Shown: positions 45,382 through 53,928 of the stretch, one piece after another
Position numbering within the stretch: position 1 is the stretch's first letter
How the letters are laid out: every line of letters begins with the position of its first letter
IMG/VR virus record: IMGVR_UViG_3300005563_000029
Span: 1 to 64,000 of that record
From: a virus
DNA length: 64,000 bases
Strand: one strand, 5' to 3'
Translations under genes and position numbers: made by a program
The notes under the pieces: generated by a model
Seen by the model: only the letters and a program-made list of their open reading frames with translations
Databases searched by the model: none
Told to the model about the DNA's origin: nothing

Positions 45382-46436
45382 CAGAAGGACACCTCGGCGT
45401 GGCTGGGCTCGCGGCCGGCCGGGTTGTCGTCTTCGGTTTCGCCGCCTTCCAGGAGCTTCTCGACGGCGGCGCGGATGTTCCGTTCGGACCGCGGAGAGCC
45501 GGGGATCTTGAGGTCGGGGTGGGCATTGCGGAGCAGGCTCGCAAGGACCGGCGCCGTGGGTGCTTCGCCGTGCTTGTCGGAGTAGCGCTGCCACAGCGGC
45601 AATGCCAGCTTCGCCCAGTCGGTGGCAGAGGGGCGCCCGCTGCCGTCGGTCGTTGTCGTCGCACCGTCCCGCTTGCCGTTGCCGCTTGCCGCTGCCGGGG
45701 CGGGCTCATTGCCGCTGCCGTCGGCAGGCATTGCCGCGGCGGTTGCCGTTGCCACTTCCTCCAACGCCGTTGCCGCTGCCGGGGCGGGTTCGGCTGCTGC
45801 CTTCTTCGGTGCCGCGGGCTTCGGTGCCGCTGCCGGTGCCGTCCGGGTGTCGGTGAGTTGCCGTAGCAGCCACGGCCCGACGAAGCCCATCGCCATCAGA
45901 AGGAACGGCCCGACGGCGGAGAAGCCGGCGAGCTGGTACCGGTGGACGTAGATCGACGGTCCGCAGTTGAGCGCGAACATGATCAGCGCGCAGATGATCG
46001 ACAGTGCGTGGACGCGCCACAGTTCGGACTCGGACATGCCGCGGTACGACAGCCATGTCGCGGCGACGATCATGCCGGTGGCGGTGAGGTCGACGGCGGG
46101 GCCGGTGAGGTAGGCGATGCGCCAGTCGATGCCGAGGCTCTTGCCGAGGTCGCCGACGTTGCCGAACGAGAACAGGAACGTCAGCAGCGGCACGACGGCC
46201 ATGACGAACAGGACGATGCCGACGATGATGCGCTCGACGCGGTCGGGCTGCTTGGACTCGTCGGCGGTCTTGGAATTGCGGTTTCTGGCTTTAGGCTGTG
46301 CGGTGTTCACGTCGATCCCTGAAATCGCGTGTGACACAGCAGCCCGGCGGTTTGTGCTGGCCGCCGGGTTTTGCTGAGGCCCCAACCTCGCGTCCACTTT
46401 ATCCGGATCGCCGGGGGTATCAAAGTTCGAATTCAC
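45381..46436 (-). CDS. SpdA/DUF2637-like membrane transfer protein
   Basis: FLFSFGNV..LG..IAYLTGPAVDL 4-TM block, low-complexity linker, C-terminal HTH-like region. Confidence 0.8.
   Translation of the reverse strand: MNSNFDTPGDPDKVDARLGPQQNPAASTNRRAAVSHAISGIDVNTAQPKARNRNSKTADESKQPDRVERIIVGIVLFVMAVVPLLTFLFSFGNVGDLGKSLGIDWRIAYLTGPAVDLTATGMIVAATWLSYRGMSESELWRVHALSIICALIMFALNCGPSIYVHRYQLAGFSAVGPFLLMAMGFVGPWLLRQLTDTRTAPAAAPKPAAPKKAAAEPAPAAATALEEVATATAAAMPADGSGNEPAPAAASGNGKRDGATTTTDGSGRPSATDWAKLALPLWQRYSDKHGEAPTAPVLASLLRNAHPDLKIPGSPRSERNIRAAVEKLLEGGETEDDNPAGREPSHAEVSF
45637..45841. repeat. Cluster of TTGCCG(C/T)TGCC direct repeats (clt-like)
   Basis: TTGCCGCTGCCG at 45686, 45709 and 45770; variants at 45673, 45743 and 45824. 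Confidence 0.65.
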
Positions 46437-46726
46437 GGTGTGGCTCTCCGGATCAGTTCGGGCGCGCCTCGGGTGATGTACGAGGCGGTCGCGGTGACGG
46501 CGGCAAAGATCAGCAGCAGTGCGTAGGGGGCGCCGGTAGCGGGCCAGGTAAGCAGCCACAGCCCGAGGCCAGATGCAGCGGTGCGGCGTCCGTAGCGTGC
46601 GTATAGGTGGGTGAGGCGCAGGGTTTCGGTGTCGGGCGCGGTGGTAGCGCAGGCGAGGAACGCGAAGGTTCCAGCGCCGGCGGCGCAGGCTCCGAGGAGC
46701 AGCAGGGCGCAGGTGATAGTGGTCAT
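46433..46726 (-). CDS. Small membrane protein (Spd-like)
   Basis: Three hydrophobic segments; GAAGGAG RBS; coupled to the DUF2637-like gene. Confidence 0.65.
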   Translation of the reverse strand: MTTITCALLLLGACAAGAGTFAFLACATTAPDTETLRLTHLYARYGRRTAASGLGLWLLTWPATGAPYALLLIFAAVTATASYITRGAPELIRRATP

Positions 46727-46757
46727 GGCGGTGGTACTCCTCTCGACTTGCTGGAAC

Positions 46758-46801
46758 CCGGCCGTCACACTGAGGTTGGGGACTCGGAGTGTGACGGCCG
46801 G
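46758..46801. repeat. 14-bp inverted repeat/hairpin
   Basis: CCGGCCGTCACACT...AGTGTGACGGCCGG. Confidence 0.7.
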
Positions 46802-46891
46802 GGCTTGTGGGTCAGCGCCGCCTGGGCTGGCTGGCGGGCTTGACTTGGACGGCCCGGACAGAAGGACTAGCGGGCCGGTGCTTGCCGAGCG

Positions 46892-47119
46892 TCAGAACCA
46901 GCGGCGCTTCGCAGCCTTGGCCGTTTCACGGGCCTGCTCGTCGAGGTAGTCCTGGTCGCCCTTGCGCTGCTGCGTCCAGCCGTGGATGAACTCGTGGTCG
47001 ACGCGGCCGAACGGTCCGCGGCGTGCGTTCTCGACGCCGTCCTGGGTTTCCTTGCGGTGGGCCTCGGCGCGGTTCTTCGCTTCGGTGGCGGCTTGCTGGC
47101 GGGCCTGTGAGCGGGACAT
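46892..47119 (-). CDS. Hypothetical protein
   Basis: GAAAGGA RBS. Confidence 0.7.
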   Translation of the reverse strand: MSRSQARQQAATEAKNRAEAHRKETQDGVENARRGPFGRVDHEFIHGWTQQRKGDQDYLDEQARETAKAAKRRWF

Positions 47120-47165
47120 TGTTCCGGTTCCTTTCGTCTGGCCCGGCGGGTGCCGGGCTGGTGGT

Positions 47166-47366
47166 TCAGCTGTGCTTCGCGAACGAGGCGGCGGCGCGCT
47201 GGTAGAAGGCGAGGGTCTCCGAGTCGGTGTTGGTCTTGGTGGGCTCCTCGCCGTTGCGGTCGAGCTGGCCGGTGTAGCCGGAGGCGCGTTCGGTCTGGAA
47301 GTTCTTGTCGGCGTTGGCCGGCTTTTCCTTGCTGATGGTCAGTTGCGGGGTCCGCGTCAGGGTCAT
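47166..47366 (-). CDS. Hypothetical protein
   Basis: GAGAGGA RBS. Confidence 0.65.
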   Translation of the reverse strand: MTLTRTPQLTISKEKPANADKNFQTERASGYTGQLDRNGEEPTKTNTDSETLAFYQRAAASFAKHS

Positions 47367-47387
47367 GTCGTTGTCCTCTCGTGTCGG

Positions 47388-47627
47388 TCAGTGCCCGAGC
47401 GGGTTCGCCGGGGCGTGGTCGGTGTGGTCGGTGACGCCGGGGTTTTCGGCGTGGTGGGCCATGGCGGTGAAGATCGGCTGCCACTGGCTGGTGTCGACCG
47501 GGATCCAGTCCGGTGCCACGACGGCCGGGGTGTCGCCGATCGCGTCCTGCACGGTGCGGCTGGTGGTGGCGGTGTAGGCCTCGTGTAGCGGGTTCGGGCC
47601 GGCGTCGAGGCGGCGGAAAAGGTTCAC
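47388..47627 (-). CDS. Hypothetical protein
   Basis: GGAGG RBS, GTGA overlap. Confidence 0.55.
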   Translation of the reverse strand: MNLFRRLDAGPNPLHEAYTATTSRTVQDAIGDTPAVVAPDWIPVDTSQWQPIFTAMAHHAENPGVTDHTDHAPANPLGH

Positions 47628-48094
47628 TGCATCGCCTCCTCGATCAGCGCCGCGTGCTGCGCGTCGAGGTCGCCTGCCATGGCCCGGATCCGGTCGTCGT
47701 CCAGGTCGCTCATGGGCGGCGGCGCGGTCGGCGGCTGGTCGCCATCCCAGCCGAGCCACACTCCACCGGCATCGCCGTCGTCATCGTTGTGGGCCGGGCA
47801 CAGGTGGCAGGGCCGGTCTTCCTCGTTGAGGACCTCGTGAGACTTGTCGGCAATCAGGCTGTAGCCGATCCCAGCCAAAACCAGCGGCACGGTGGCGAAC
47901 GCCGCAACGGGACGCACGGCTGCGATCACGTTGAGAACGGAAGTAGCGACGACGACCTTGGCGACGCTGACGCGGTGGTACCAGCCGAGCATGATGCGGC
48001 GTGCAGCACGGCGCTGTTCGAGCCACGCGGCGGCGGTGAGTTCGGCGGAGTAGATCCGGGCGCCGAGGTACTGCGCCACCATGAGGGGGTTCAT
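47624..48094 (-). CDS. Hypothetical membrane protein
   Basis: ATGA coupling; TM segments; CHLC motif. Confidence 0.6.
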   Translation of the reverse strand: MNPLMVAQYLGARIYSAELTAAAWLEQRRAARRIMLGWYHRVSVAKVVVATSVLNVIAAVRPVAAFATVPLVLAGIGYSLIADKSHEVLNEEDRPCHLCPAHNDDDGDAGGVWLGWDGDQPPTAPPPMSDLDDDRIRAMAGDLDAQHAALIEEAMQ

Positions 48095-48687
48095 GGCCGC
48101 CCCGCCTCTCCGTCTTCGCCCCGGTACGGCCCGAACACGTCGGCGTACCGCCAGTCGGCACGCTCCTCGACGCCGGGCCGGTACATGGTGACTTCGATTG
48201 CGCCGTCGGTTCCGGCTGGGACCTCGCGCATCGCCCAGGTGTGGGTGATGCACAGGCAGTCGGCCGCCTCGGCGGTTCCGGCGCCGCCGTCGTAACGGCC
48301 GTGCCTGATCACTGCGACGTGGGCGTGCCACACGTCCTCGACGCCCCAGTCGGCCATGTCGGCGAAGTCGAGTTCGCTGTTGTAGATCTCGCCGTACAGG
48401 CTGTCGAACAGGGCGTGCGGGTCGTCGTGGGTTTCGGTGATGGCGTGGACGGCGGCCATGAATGAGGCGGGGTCGTGGTGGCCGATCGCGACGAGAGTGT
48501 CGTCGTCGCCGCAGCCGCTGATGGTGATGCCGGCGTGGGTGTGGCCGGTGGCGGCGAGCAGGGCGCGGGCGGTGTTCTCGGGCACGGGGCGCGGCGTGTG
48601 GTCGAGTCCGGCGGCGGCGGTGATGCGGGCCTGTTGGGCGGCGTGGCGTGCCGCCATGGCTTCTTCGATGCTGTCGTAGTTGATCAC
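48091..48687 (-). CDS. Hypothetical protein
   Basis: GAGGAG RBS, GTGA overlap. Confidence 0.65.
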   Translation of the reverse strand: MINYDSIEEAMAARHAAQQARITAAAGLDHTPRPVPENTARALLAATGHTHAGITISGCGDDDTLVAIGHHDPASFMAAVHAITETHDDPHALFDSLYGEIYNSELDFADMADWGVEDVWHAHVAVIRHGRYDGGAGTAEAADCLCITHTWAMREVPAGTDGAIEVTMYRPGVEERADWRYADVFGPYRGEDGEAGRP

Positions 48688-48881
48688 GGCCGGGTCTCCT
48701 CTCCGGTGTTGCTGTGGGTGGCGATCCATCGCCGCGCGAACTTCCCAAGCTGCGGAATCTCCGCTGCGGCTTCCCGTGCGGCGGTTTCGGCGTCGTAGTC
48801 TTCGAGGTCGAAGACGTGCTCGCGCAGCCCGGCCAGCAGTACGGCGTCGTAGGCGTCGCCTGCGGTAATGGATTGGGTCAT
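48684..48881 (-). CDS. Hypothetical protein
   Basis: ATGA coupling. Confidence 0.55.
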   Translation of the reverse strand: MTQSITAGDAYDAVLLAGLREHVFDLEDYDAETAAREAAAEIPQLGKFARRWIATHSNTGEETRP

Positions 48882-49309
48882 CTCGACCACTCCACATTCA
48901 GCTCAAACCAGACGATCTTGCCTGCGCGGGTTTTGGTCTCGCCCCACCTGGTCGCCAGCGTGGACACGATCAGCAGTCCGCGGCCGTGCTCGTCGTCAGC
49001 CAAGTCCGAAACCGGGATGGCCAGGTCAGGATCAGAAACAGTGACCCGCAGGTGCCCGTGCCACCAGGCGGCGGTGACGGTGACGTCGTCGACGCCGGCG
49101 TTGTGCACAAGTGCGTTAGTGACGACTTCCGACACCAGCAGCACCGCGTTCTCGGCGGTATCGCCGTGCACGTCCCACTGCGCGAGGGTCTTGCCCAGCC
49201 ATGCGCGGGCCTCGGCCACGGACGTTAAGGCGCGGGGCACGATGGTGTCGGCAAAGCTCGGTGCGTCGGTCACAGGGTGGTCCAGACGGGTCATGGTGGC
49301 GACGGTCAT
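48878..49309 (-). CDS. RsbW-like HATPase_c ATP-binding protein
   Basis: LLVSEVVTNALVH, VTVSD, EHGRGLLIV and GKIVWFEL motifs. Confidence 0.9.
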   Translation of the reverse strand: MTVATMTRLDHPVTDAPSFADTIVPRALTSVAEARAWLGKTLAQWDVHGDTAENAVLLVSEVVTNALVHNAGVDDVTVTAAWWHGHLRVTVSDPDLAIPVSDLADDEHGRGLLIVSTLATRWGETKTRAGKIVWFELNVEWSR

Positions 49310-49314
49310 GGGGA

Positions 49315-49677
49315 TCAGCCCCTGTCGAGGGTGTCGGTAACGGGCACGATGAGGCGGCCGTTCTGGCGGGCCCAGGCGTGGGCGCGTTGTTCGGCGGTGG
49401 AGACAGCGGCGCACCGCGGCGGGGCCTGTATCTGCCAGGTGACGCCGGCGCCGAACGCTTGGAACGCCCAGACGGTGCCGTCGGAGGCGGTGTGCGGGCC
49501 GGGCATGTCGTGGGTTTCGGCGATACGGGCCACGTCCTCAGCGCTTCCGGCCTTGATGATGACCGGCAGGTAGTCCCACACGGGCAGGGTCGCGTCGTAC
49601 TCGATCCAGTCCCGCAGTGCAGTCAGCCCTTTGACGGCGGCGGCGTGACGGGCAATCCGGTCGGTGTGCTCGTTCAC
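49315..49677 (-). CDS. Hypothetical protein
   Basis: GTGA coupling. Confidence 0.6.
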   Translation of the reverse strand: MNEHTDRIARHAAAVKGLTALRDWIEYDATLPVWDYLPVIIKAGSAEDVARIAETHDMPGPHTASDGTVWAFQAFGAGVTWQIQAPPRCAAVSTAEQRAHAWARQNGRLIVPVTDTLDRG

Positions 49678-50264
49678 TGGGTCACCGCGCAGTTCTCGGC
49701 GTGGACGGTGGCGAGCCCGGTGACGTCGGCCCGGCCGCGGGTCAGGTCGCGGATGGTGGCGGCGGGGCTGTACACGAGCACGTGGAACCGGCCGCAGCGG
49801 GAGCAGGCCACGTCCAGGCAGTTGTGGTTTGGGTCGTGGATGACGGCCACGGTGGTGCGGTCCGTGCCCGGGATGATCGCGAGAATGTTCTCGGCGGTGA
49901 CCGGCTTGCGGGCCGCGGTGAGGGCTTCGGCGGGGATCCACACGCTATTCCCGGTGACGCGCAGCACCAGCCAATACCCGAACATGTGGCCGTGGAACTC
50001 CATGCCGGCGACGACACCGCCGGCGCCCGGGTGCTCGGGCGCGTCCGGGCGGACACGGACCTTGTCGCCGTCTGCGAACAGCGGCGTGCCGTGCGGCAGA
50101 ATCGTCAGCGCGTCCTCGGCAGCGAACCAGGCGACGCCGTCGGCGCAGTCGATGATGTAGTCGTGGCCGTTGCCGGCGCCGACGTACTCACGGACGGTGC
50201 CGACGCGGGCCAAGCTGGCGCGGGTATAGACGACGCGGTCTTCAGGGTTGAAGGCGGTCATCAC
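49674..50264 (-). CDS. Hypothetical protein with tandem SH3-like units
   Basis: FNPEDRVV and FADGDKVRV repeats. Confidence 0.65.
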   Translation of the reverse strand: MMTAFNPEDRVVYTRASLARVGTVREYVGAGNGHDYIIDCADGVAWFAAEDALTILPHGTPLFADGDKVRVRPDAPEHPGAGGVVAGMEFHGHMFGYWLVLRVTGNSVWIPAEALTAARKPVTAENILAIIPGTDRTTVAVIHDPNHNCLDVACSRCGRFHVLVYSPAATIRDLTRGRADVTGLATVHAENCAVTQ

Positions 50265-50506
50265 GACTCACCCGCCTCATCGGCCGACGCCTCAGCCAGG
50301 GTGAGAAAGCCTGCGGCCACGAAGACCCGCGTGTCGGGCTTGTCGTCGAACACGACCGCGTAGCCGTCGGCGGGCTCGGCGTTGAAAGGGCCGGTGCCGT
50401 ATGCGGAAAACACGACCGTCGCCTGCGCCTGCTGCGTGGTCTGCTCCTGGGCGTTGCCGAACACCCAGGTGACGGTGACGCGGTCGTCGGGCTGGAATTT
50501 GCTCAC
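50261..50506 (-). CDS. Hypothetical SH3-like protein
   Basis: FQPDDRVTV; GAAGGAG RBS. Confidence 0.65.
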   Translation of the reverse strand: MSKFQPDDRVTVTWVFGNAQEQTTQQAQATVVFSAYGTGPFNAEPADGYAVVFDDKPDTRVFVAAGFLTLAEASADEAGES

Positions 50507-50748
50507 CGTTCGACTCCTTCCGCGAGAATCGCGCGCAGCTGGTTCAGGTCGATGGGGGCGGGGCGGGTCGAGTACGCGGGCGGCGCGACAGCGGGTGCCG
50601 TCGGCAGTCCGTGCGTGTCGGCGAACGCCTCACGGGCGGCGGTGGTGCGGGCGGCGTGCCCGGACGCGACCACGGCCACGGCGTAGACCAGCGCGACACA
50701 CGCGGCCATCAGTGCGGCGAAGCCGGTCAGGATCCACAGGTCCGTCAT
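50503..50748 (-). CDS. Small membrane protein
   Basis: N-terminal TM; coupled. Confidence 0.55.
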   Translation of the reverse strand: MTDLWILTGFAALMAACVALVYAVAVVASGHAARTTAAREAFADTHGLPTAPAVAPPAYSTRPAPIDLNQLRAILAEGVER

Positions 50749-51230
50749 CGCGCACCTGCCGCCATGAGCAGGGCGGTGACGAACAGCCACAGGAGGTGCC
50801 AACTCTGGTCCAGGGCATACGCCCCGGTACCGAGGTGAGGCTGGTCGCCGTGGCCTTCGCGCGGTGCGCCCAGGTTGAAGAAGCCGCCCTTGCCGACCCG
50901 GCCGGCCAGCCACCGCAGGGTGCTGCGCCGGTCGGCCCAGTAGTGCGAGGCGGCGTCAACGCCGATAGCGGCGACCCACCAGCCGGGTCGGATCGGCAGG
51001 CCCGTCACAGCGAACGCCGCCAGGAGCGCGGCGAGCTTTGTCACGGTCAGCGTCGCCACGTGCTTGGCACATGCGGCACGGGCTCCCCAGCCTGCGCCGC
51101 CCTTAGTCAAGGCCTGGGTGTGGGTCTGGATCCAGTGATCGCCGAACTCGTGTGCGGCGTACAACGCCGCGGAAGACACTGCGAACACGGCGGCGGCGGT
51201 CAGGTTCGTGGTTGCGTCCATAACGCCCAT
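50745..51230 (-). CDS. DUF3307-like membrane protein
   Basis: AHEFGDHWIQT, SHYWADRR and LDQSWH motifs. Confidence 0.85.
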   Translation of the reverse strand: MGVMDATTNLTAAAVFAVSSAALYAAHEFGDHWIQTHTQALTKGGAGWGARAACAKHVATLTVTKLAALLAAFAVTGLPIRPGWWVAAIGVDAASHYWADRRSTLRWLAGRVGKGGFFNLGAPREGHGDQPHLGTGAYALDQSWHLLWLFVTALLMAAGAR

Positions 51231-51403
51231 TACGCACCCGCCTTGGTAACGTTCCGCGTTTCTGCGGATTGCTTGGCCGCGATGGCGGCGCGAACGCGGT
51301 CGTTGAACGTGGCGGCCTGCTGCCCGTTGGCGCCGATCAGCGTGGCCATGAGGGCCGCGTTTGCCGGTGCGGTCGCGGAGGCGGTGACGATGCGGGCGTT
51401 CAC
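51230..51403 (-). CDS. Hypothetical protein
   Basis: Coupled ORF. Confidence 0.5.
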   Translation of the reverse strand: MNARIVTASATAPANAALMATLIGANGQQAATFNDRVRAAIAAKQSAETRNVTKAGA

Positions 51404-51615
51404 GACGCACCCCGCACGAGCGTCAGCTTCGCAACGTCCACCTGCGACGGGATCGCGGACAGGACGAACGGGTCCGGGTTGACCTCGACCGTCGCGACGT
51501 CGATGCCGTCGGGGTCGGTCCACAGGGCGGTGATAGTGCCGGTGGCGAGGGTGCGTCCGCCGTTGGTGAAGAAGCTGACGCGGTCGCCGTCGCGGAAGGT
51601 GTGGATGGCGGTCAT
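51400..51615 (-). CDS. Hypothetical SH3-like protein
   Basis: FRDGDRVSF; GGAGG RBS. Confidence 0.65.
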   Translation of the reverse strand: MTAIHTFRDGDRVSFFTNGGRTLATGTITALWTDPDGIDVATVEVNPDPFVLSAIPSQVDVAKLTLVRGAS

Positions 51616-51914
51616 CGCACGCCTCCACGCTTAACCGTGGCAACCAGCGCCAGCAGCGCCGTGCCGAGCCGCTCCGCGTCTTCCACGGATAGGTACGCCG
51701 CGCCCATGTTGGGTAGGTCGACGAACACGTCCGCGCCTTCCTCGGGGCAGTAGCCGATACCGAGGGTCGCCCAGGCGGTCGTGCCGGAGCTGCGGCCATC
51801 GGTGGTGAAGTCGAGGTGGATGTTGGGGCCGCGACAGACGTTCGGTTCGTCGTCGTGCGCCCTGCACCACTCGGGGTGCGGCGTCGCGGTCTGCGGCGCG
51901 AGAAGCGTGGTCAT
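51612..51914 (-). CDS. Hypothetical protein (DUF6907-like)
   Basis: HPEWCRAH..LSVEDAERLGTALL. Confidence 0.6.
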   Translation of the reverse strand: MTTLLAPQTATPHPEWCRAHDDEPNVCRGPNIHLDFTTDGRSSGTTAWATLGIGYCPEEGADVFVDLPNMGAAYLSVEDAERLGTALLALVATVKRGGVR

Positions 51915-51943
51915 CAGCGTTGGCCCCTCGTCGTTGGGGAGGT

Positions 51944-52228
51944 CTAGGCCGCGGCCGGCACGGCGTGTGCGGGCTCGGGGTCGCTGTTGTGGTTGGCGCT
52001 GTCCCTCAGGAGCCTCGCGTTGGCGAGGGAGCTGCGGGGGACCAGGAACATTCCGTTGTTCGTGTCGCTGCGCCAGGCGTAGAGCTTCTCGCCGTGGATC
52101 CAGCGCAGGACGGTGGTGTCCGCGACGCCGAGAGCGAATGCGATCTCGCTGACTCGGTAGTGCGGTTCGTCGAGGCCCTCGATGGGGCGCGGTGTGCGTG
52201 CCATGGGCTTCTCCTGCAAGTCCTGCAT
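51944..52228 (-). CDS. Excisionase/Cro-like HTH DNA-binding protein
   Basis: YRVSEIAFALGVADTTVLRWIHGEKL; first gene of the early operon. Confidence 0.8.
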   Translation of the reverse strand: MQDLQEKPMARTPRPIEGLDEPHYRVSEIAFALGVADTTVLRWIHGEKLYAWRSDTNNGMFLVPRSSLANARLLRDSANHNSDPEPAHAVPAAA

Positions 52229-52260
52229 CTCGTCCGGTTGGCGGGTGGTGCTTCTCCCAC

Positions 52261-52290
52261 AGCATCGCTAACCTATGCAGTACAAGTCAA
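52261..52290 (-). promoter_or_regulatory. Early promoter with embedded operator-like motif
   Basis: TTGACT-N18-GATGCT; the spacer contains the AACCTATG motif also present at 53183. Confidence 0.6.
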
Positions 52291-52339
52291 GCGATCTGGT
52301 TAATAGATCTTGAAACTCGTACACGCCGCCGGGCATGCA

Positions 52340-52372
52340 AAAGCCCTGCTCCGGCGAACCGAAGCAGGGCCT
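52340..52372 (-). terminator. Terminator after the GntR repressor
   Basis: GCCCTGCT...AGCAGGGC stem with TTTTGCATG tail. Confidence 0.7.
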
Positions 52373-52392
52373 GAAGGGGTGAAGCGCAGGTG

Positions 52393-53148
52393 CTAGGCGT
52401 CCCAGTCGAATTGGAGAACGAACATGGTGGGGTTCATAACCATCTCGTTTACCTCGGTAACACGGCCGGTGTCTGTAAAGGCTGTCCGTGCGGCGCAGAG
52501 CACGTAGGGCACTCGGTGCAGCTCAAGACGCTCGCTCTCGACGTCCGTAGCTTCGCGGGACCAGACCTGCATGCTAAAGGCCGCAACTTCAAAGCCCAGG
52601 TCGCGAAGGCGTCCATAGGTTCCGCCTGGACCTGTATCGGGCTCCATGATTCGACTACCACGAACGATGTCGGCGGGCAGGTAGGAATCGGCAAGCAAGG
52701 CGGCCTGCCCATCGACGAGGTAACGCCGCGATCGCATGCCGGCGTCGGCGGTATCAAGAACCCTTGCAACGCGCTCTGGCGGATCCGCGTAGCCGATCTT
52801 CAGCTGATCGCTCGCGAATTCGCGACCTTCAATGTCGTACTCCCACATCGACTTGCTGTGCTTCCATGCGGAACCGCGGGTCGTCTCAACGCGGACGATC
52901 GGCTTGAAGTCGCGAAGCCGCTGGTACTCGCGTACATCGCGCACGAAAACACCACTGCCCTTGCGGGACTCGGTAAGACCTTCAGCGTCAAGCAGCGCCA
53001 AAGCGCGCCGAACCATGCCGCGGGACAGGTCCCACTGGTCAATAAGGTCGGACTCACTAGGGAGCTTGGCGCCAACAGCGTATTCGCCAGCAAGGATCTT
53101 GCTGCGGAGGTCTTCCGCAAGCTGCCGGTACCTCGGCCCCTCGGCCAC
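52393..53148 (-). CDS. GntR/UTRA (KorSA-like) repressor
   Basis: PRYRQLAEDLR..KLPSESDL..SRGMVRRAL..GSGVFV plus UTRA domain (DTGPGG). Confidence 0.92.
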   Translation of the reverse strand: MAEGPRYRQLAEDLRSKILAGEYAVGAKLPSESDLIDQWDLSRGMVRRALALLDAEGLTESRKGSGVFVRDVREYQRLRDFKPIVRVETTRGSAWKHSKSMWEYDIEGREFASDQLKIGYADPPERVARVLDTADAGMRSRRYLVDGQAALLADSYLPADIVRGSRIMEPDTGPGGTYGRLRDLGFEVAAFSMQVWSREATDVESERLELHRVPYVLCAARTAFTDTGRVTEVNEMVMNPTMFVLQFDWDA

Positions 53149-53277
53149 CGAACCACTCCCACCTCTATGCATAAGATCAACAACCTATGTAGAGAGGTTA
53201 GCAAGACCGCTGTACAGGTTGCCAGGTGGCAGGGCCGAATGCGGCATCCAGCCAGCGGTACCTCGCCGCTGGTCGAG

Positions 53278-53535
53278 TCACCCCAGCCACGTGATCTGGG
53301 TGACGTGGACCTCGGCAAGATGCTCCAGGATCACGAAGGTAATGAAGCCGCGGCCTTCAGCAAAGGAGACGATGCGCTGCACGTGGTGCGAGTCCGTCGA
53401 CTCGTCCGGCCGTCGCTGGAAGTTCCATGGGTCGGCGCTGACCAACACGACCGTCTCTACCAGATCATCAATCGCCTCGTAGGGGATCAAAATCAGCTGC
53501 GCCTGGGCGGCGGGGCTGAACTCAGAGTTGTACAC
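53278..53535 (-). CDS. RelE/ParE-fold putative toxin
   Basis: MYNSEFSPAAQAQL..ADPW..GFITFVI..VHVTQITW fits the RelE-like secondary structure pattern. Confidence 0.6.
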   Translation of the reverse strand: MYNSEFSPAAQAQLILIPYEAIDDLVETVVLVSADPWNFQRRPDESTDSHHVQRIVSFAEGRGFITFVILEHLAEVHVTQITWLG

Positions 53536-53541
53536 CGCAGG

Positions 53542-53928
53542 TCAGCGAAACACCATCACGGACCGAAGCTTGTCCAACTGAACCTTCGAGGCGCCCTTTG
53601 CTTCAAGGATCGCCAGCACCTCGTTTGGGTCGGCTCGCTCACTGTCCGGGACGCCGTTGCGGGCGTAGTCGTCCCACTTCGCCAGGAAAGCCCTGTGCTT
53701 CACCGGGTCACACCAGACCGCGGCCTCAAGTCGCCAGCGCTTCAGCATTTCGTTCAGCGGGGCGAGACTGTCGGACTCCTTGGCTTCGGCAACCGCCCGG
53801 TCAAGGGCCGAATTGAACCGCTCAAGCAATCCTGGTTCAGCAGCGTTGACCAGCACTGCCCGGATCGCAGCCGGCGTGGCTGCAGGTACAGACATCACCT
53901 TCGGACTGTGGATCGGCTGGGCTGACAT
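53542..53928 (-). CDS. DUF6247-family putative antitoxin
   Basis: MSAQP..TPAAIRAVL..F..A..LAPL..W motif; directly upstream of the RelE-like gene. Confidence 0.7.
   Translation of the reverse strand: MSAQPIHSPKVMSVPAATPAAIRAVLVNAAEPGLLERFNSALDRAVAEAKESDSLAPLNEMLKRWRLEAAVWCDPVKHRAFLAKWDDYARNGVPDSERADPNEVLAILEAKGASKVQLDKLRSVMVFR

Noticed and set aside
45382-45594. Extended N-terminus of the 810-aa FtsK ORF
   Set aside because: It overlaps the upstream gene; the GAGG RBS and TGATG coupling support the start at 45381
52390-53925. 511-aa plus-strand ORF spanning three genes
   Set aside because: The three minus-strand genes share one frame, so an antisense shadow ORF is expected in GC-rich DNA; it has no recognisable motifs
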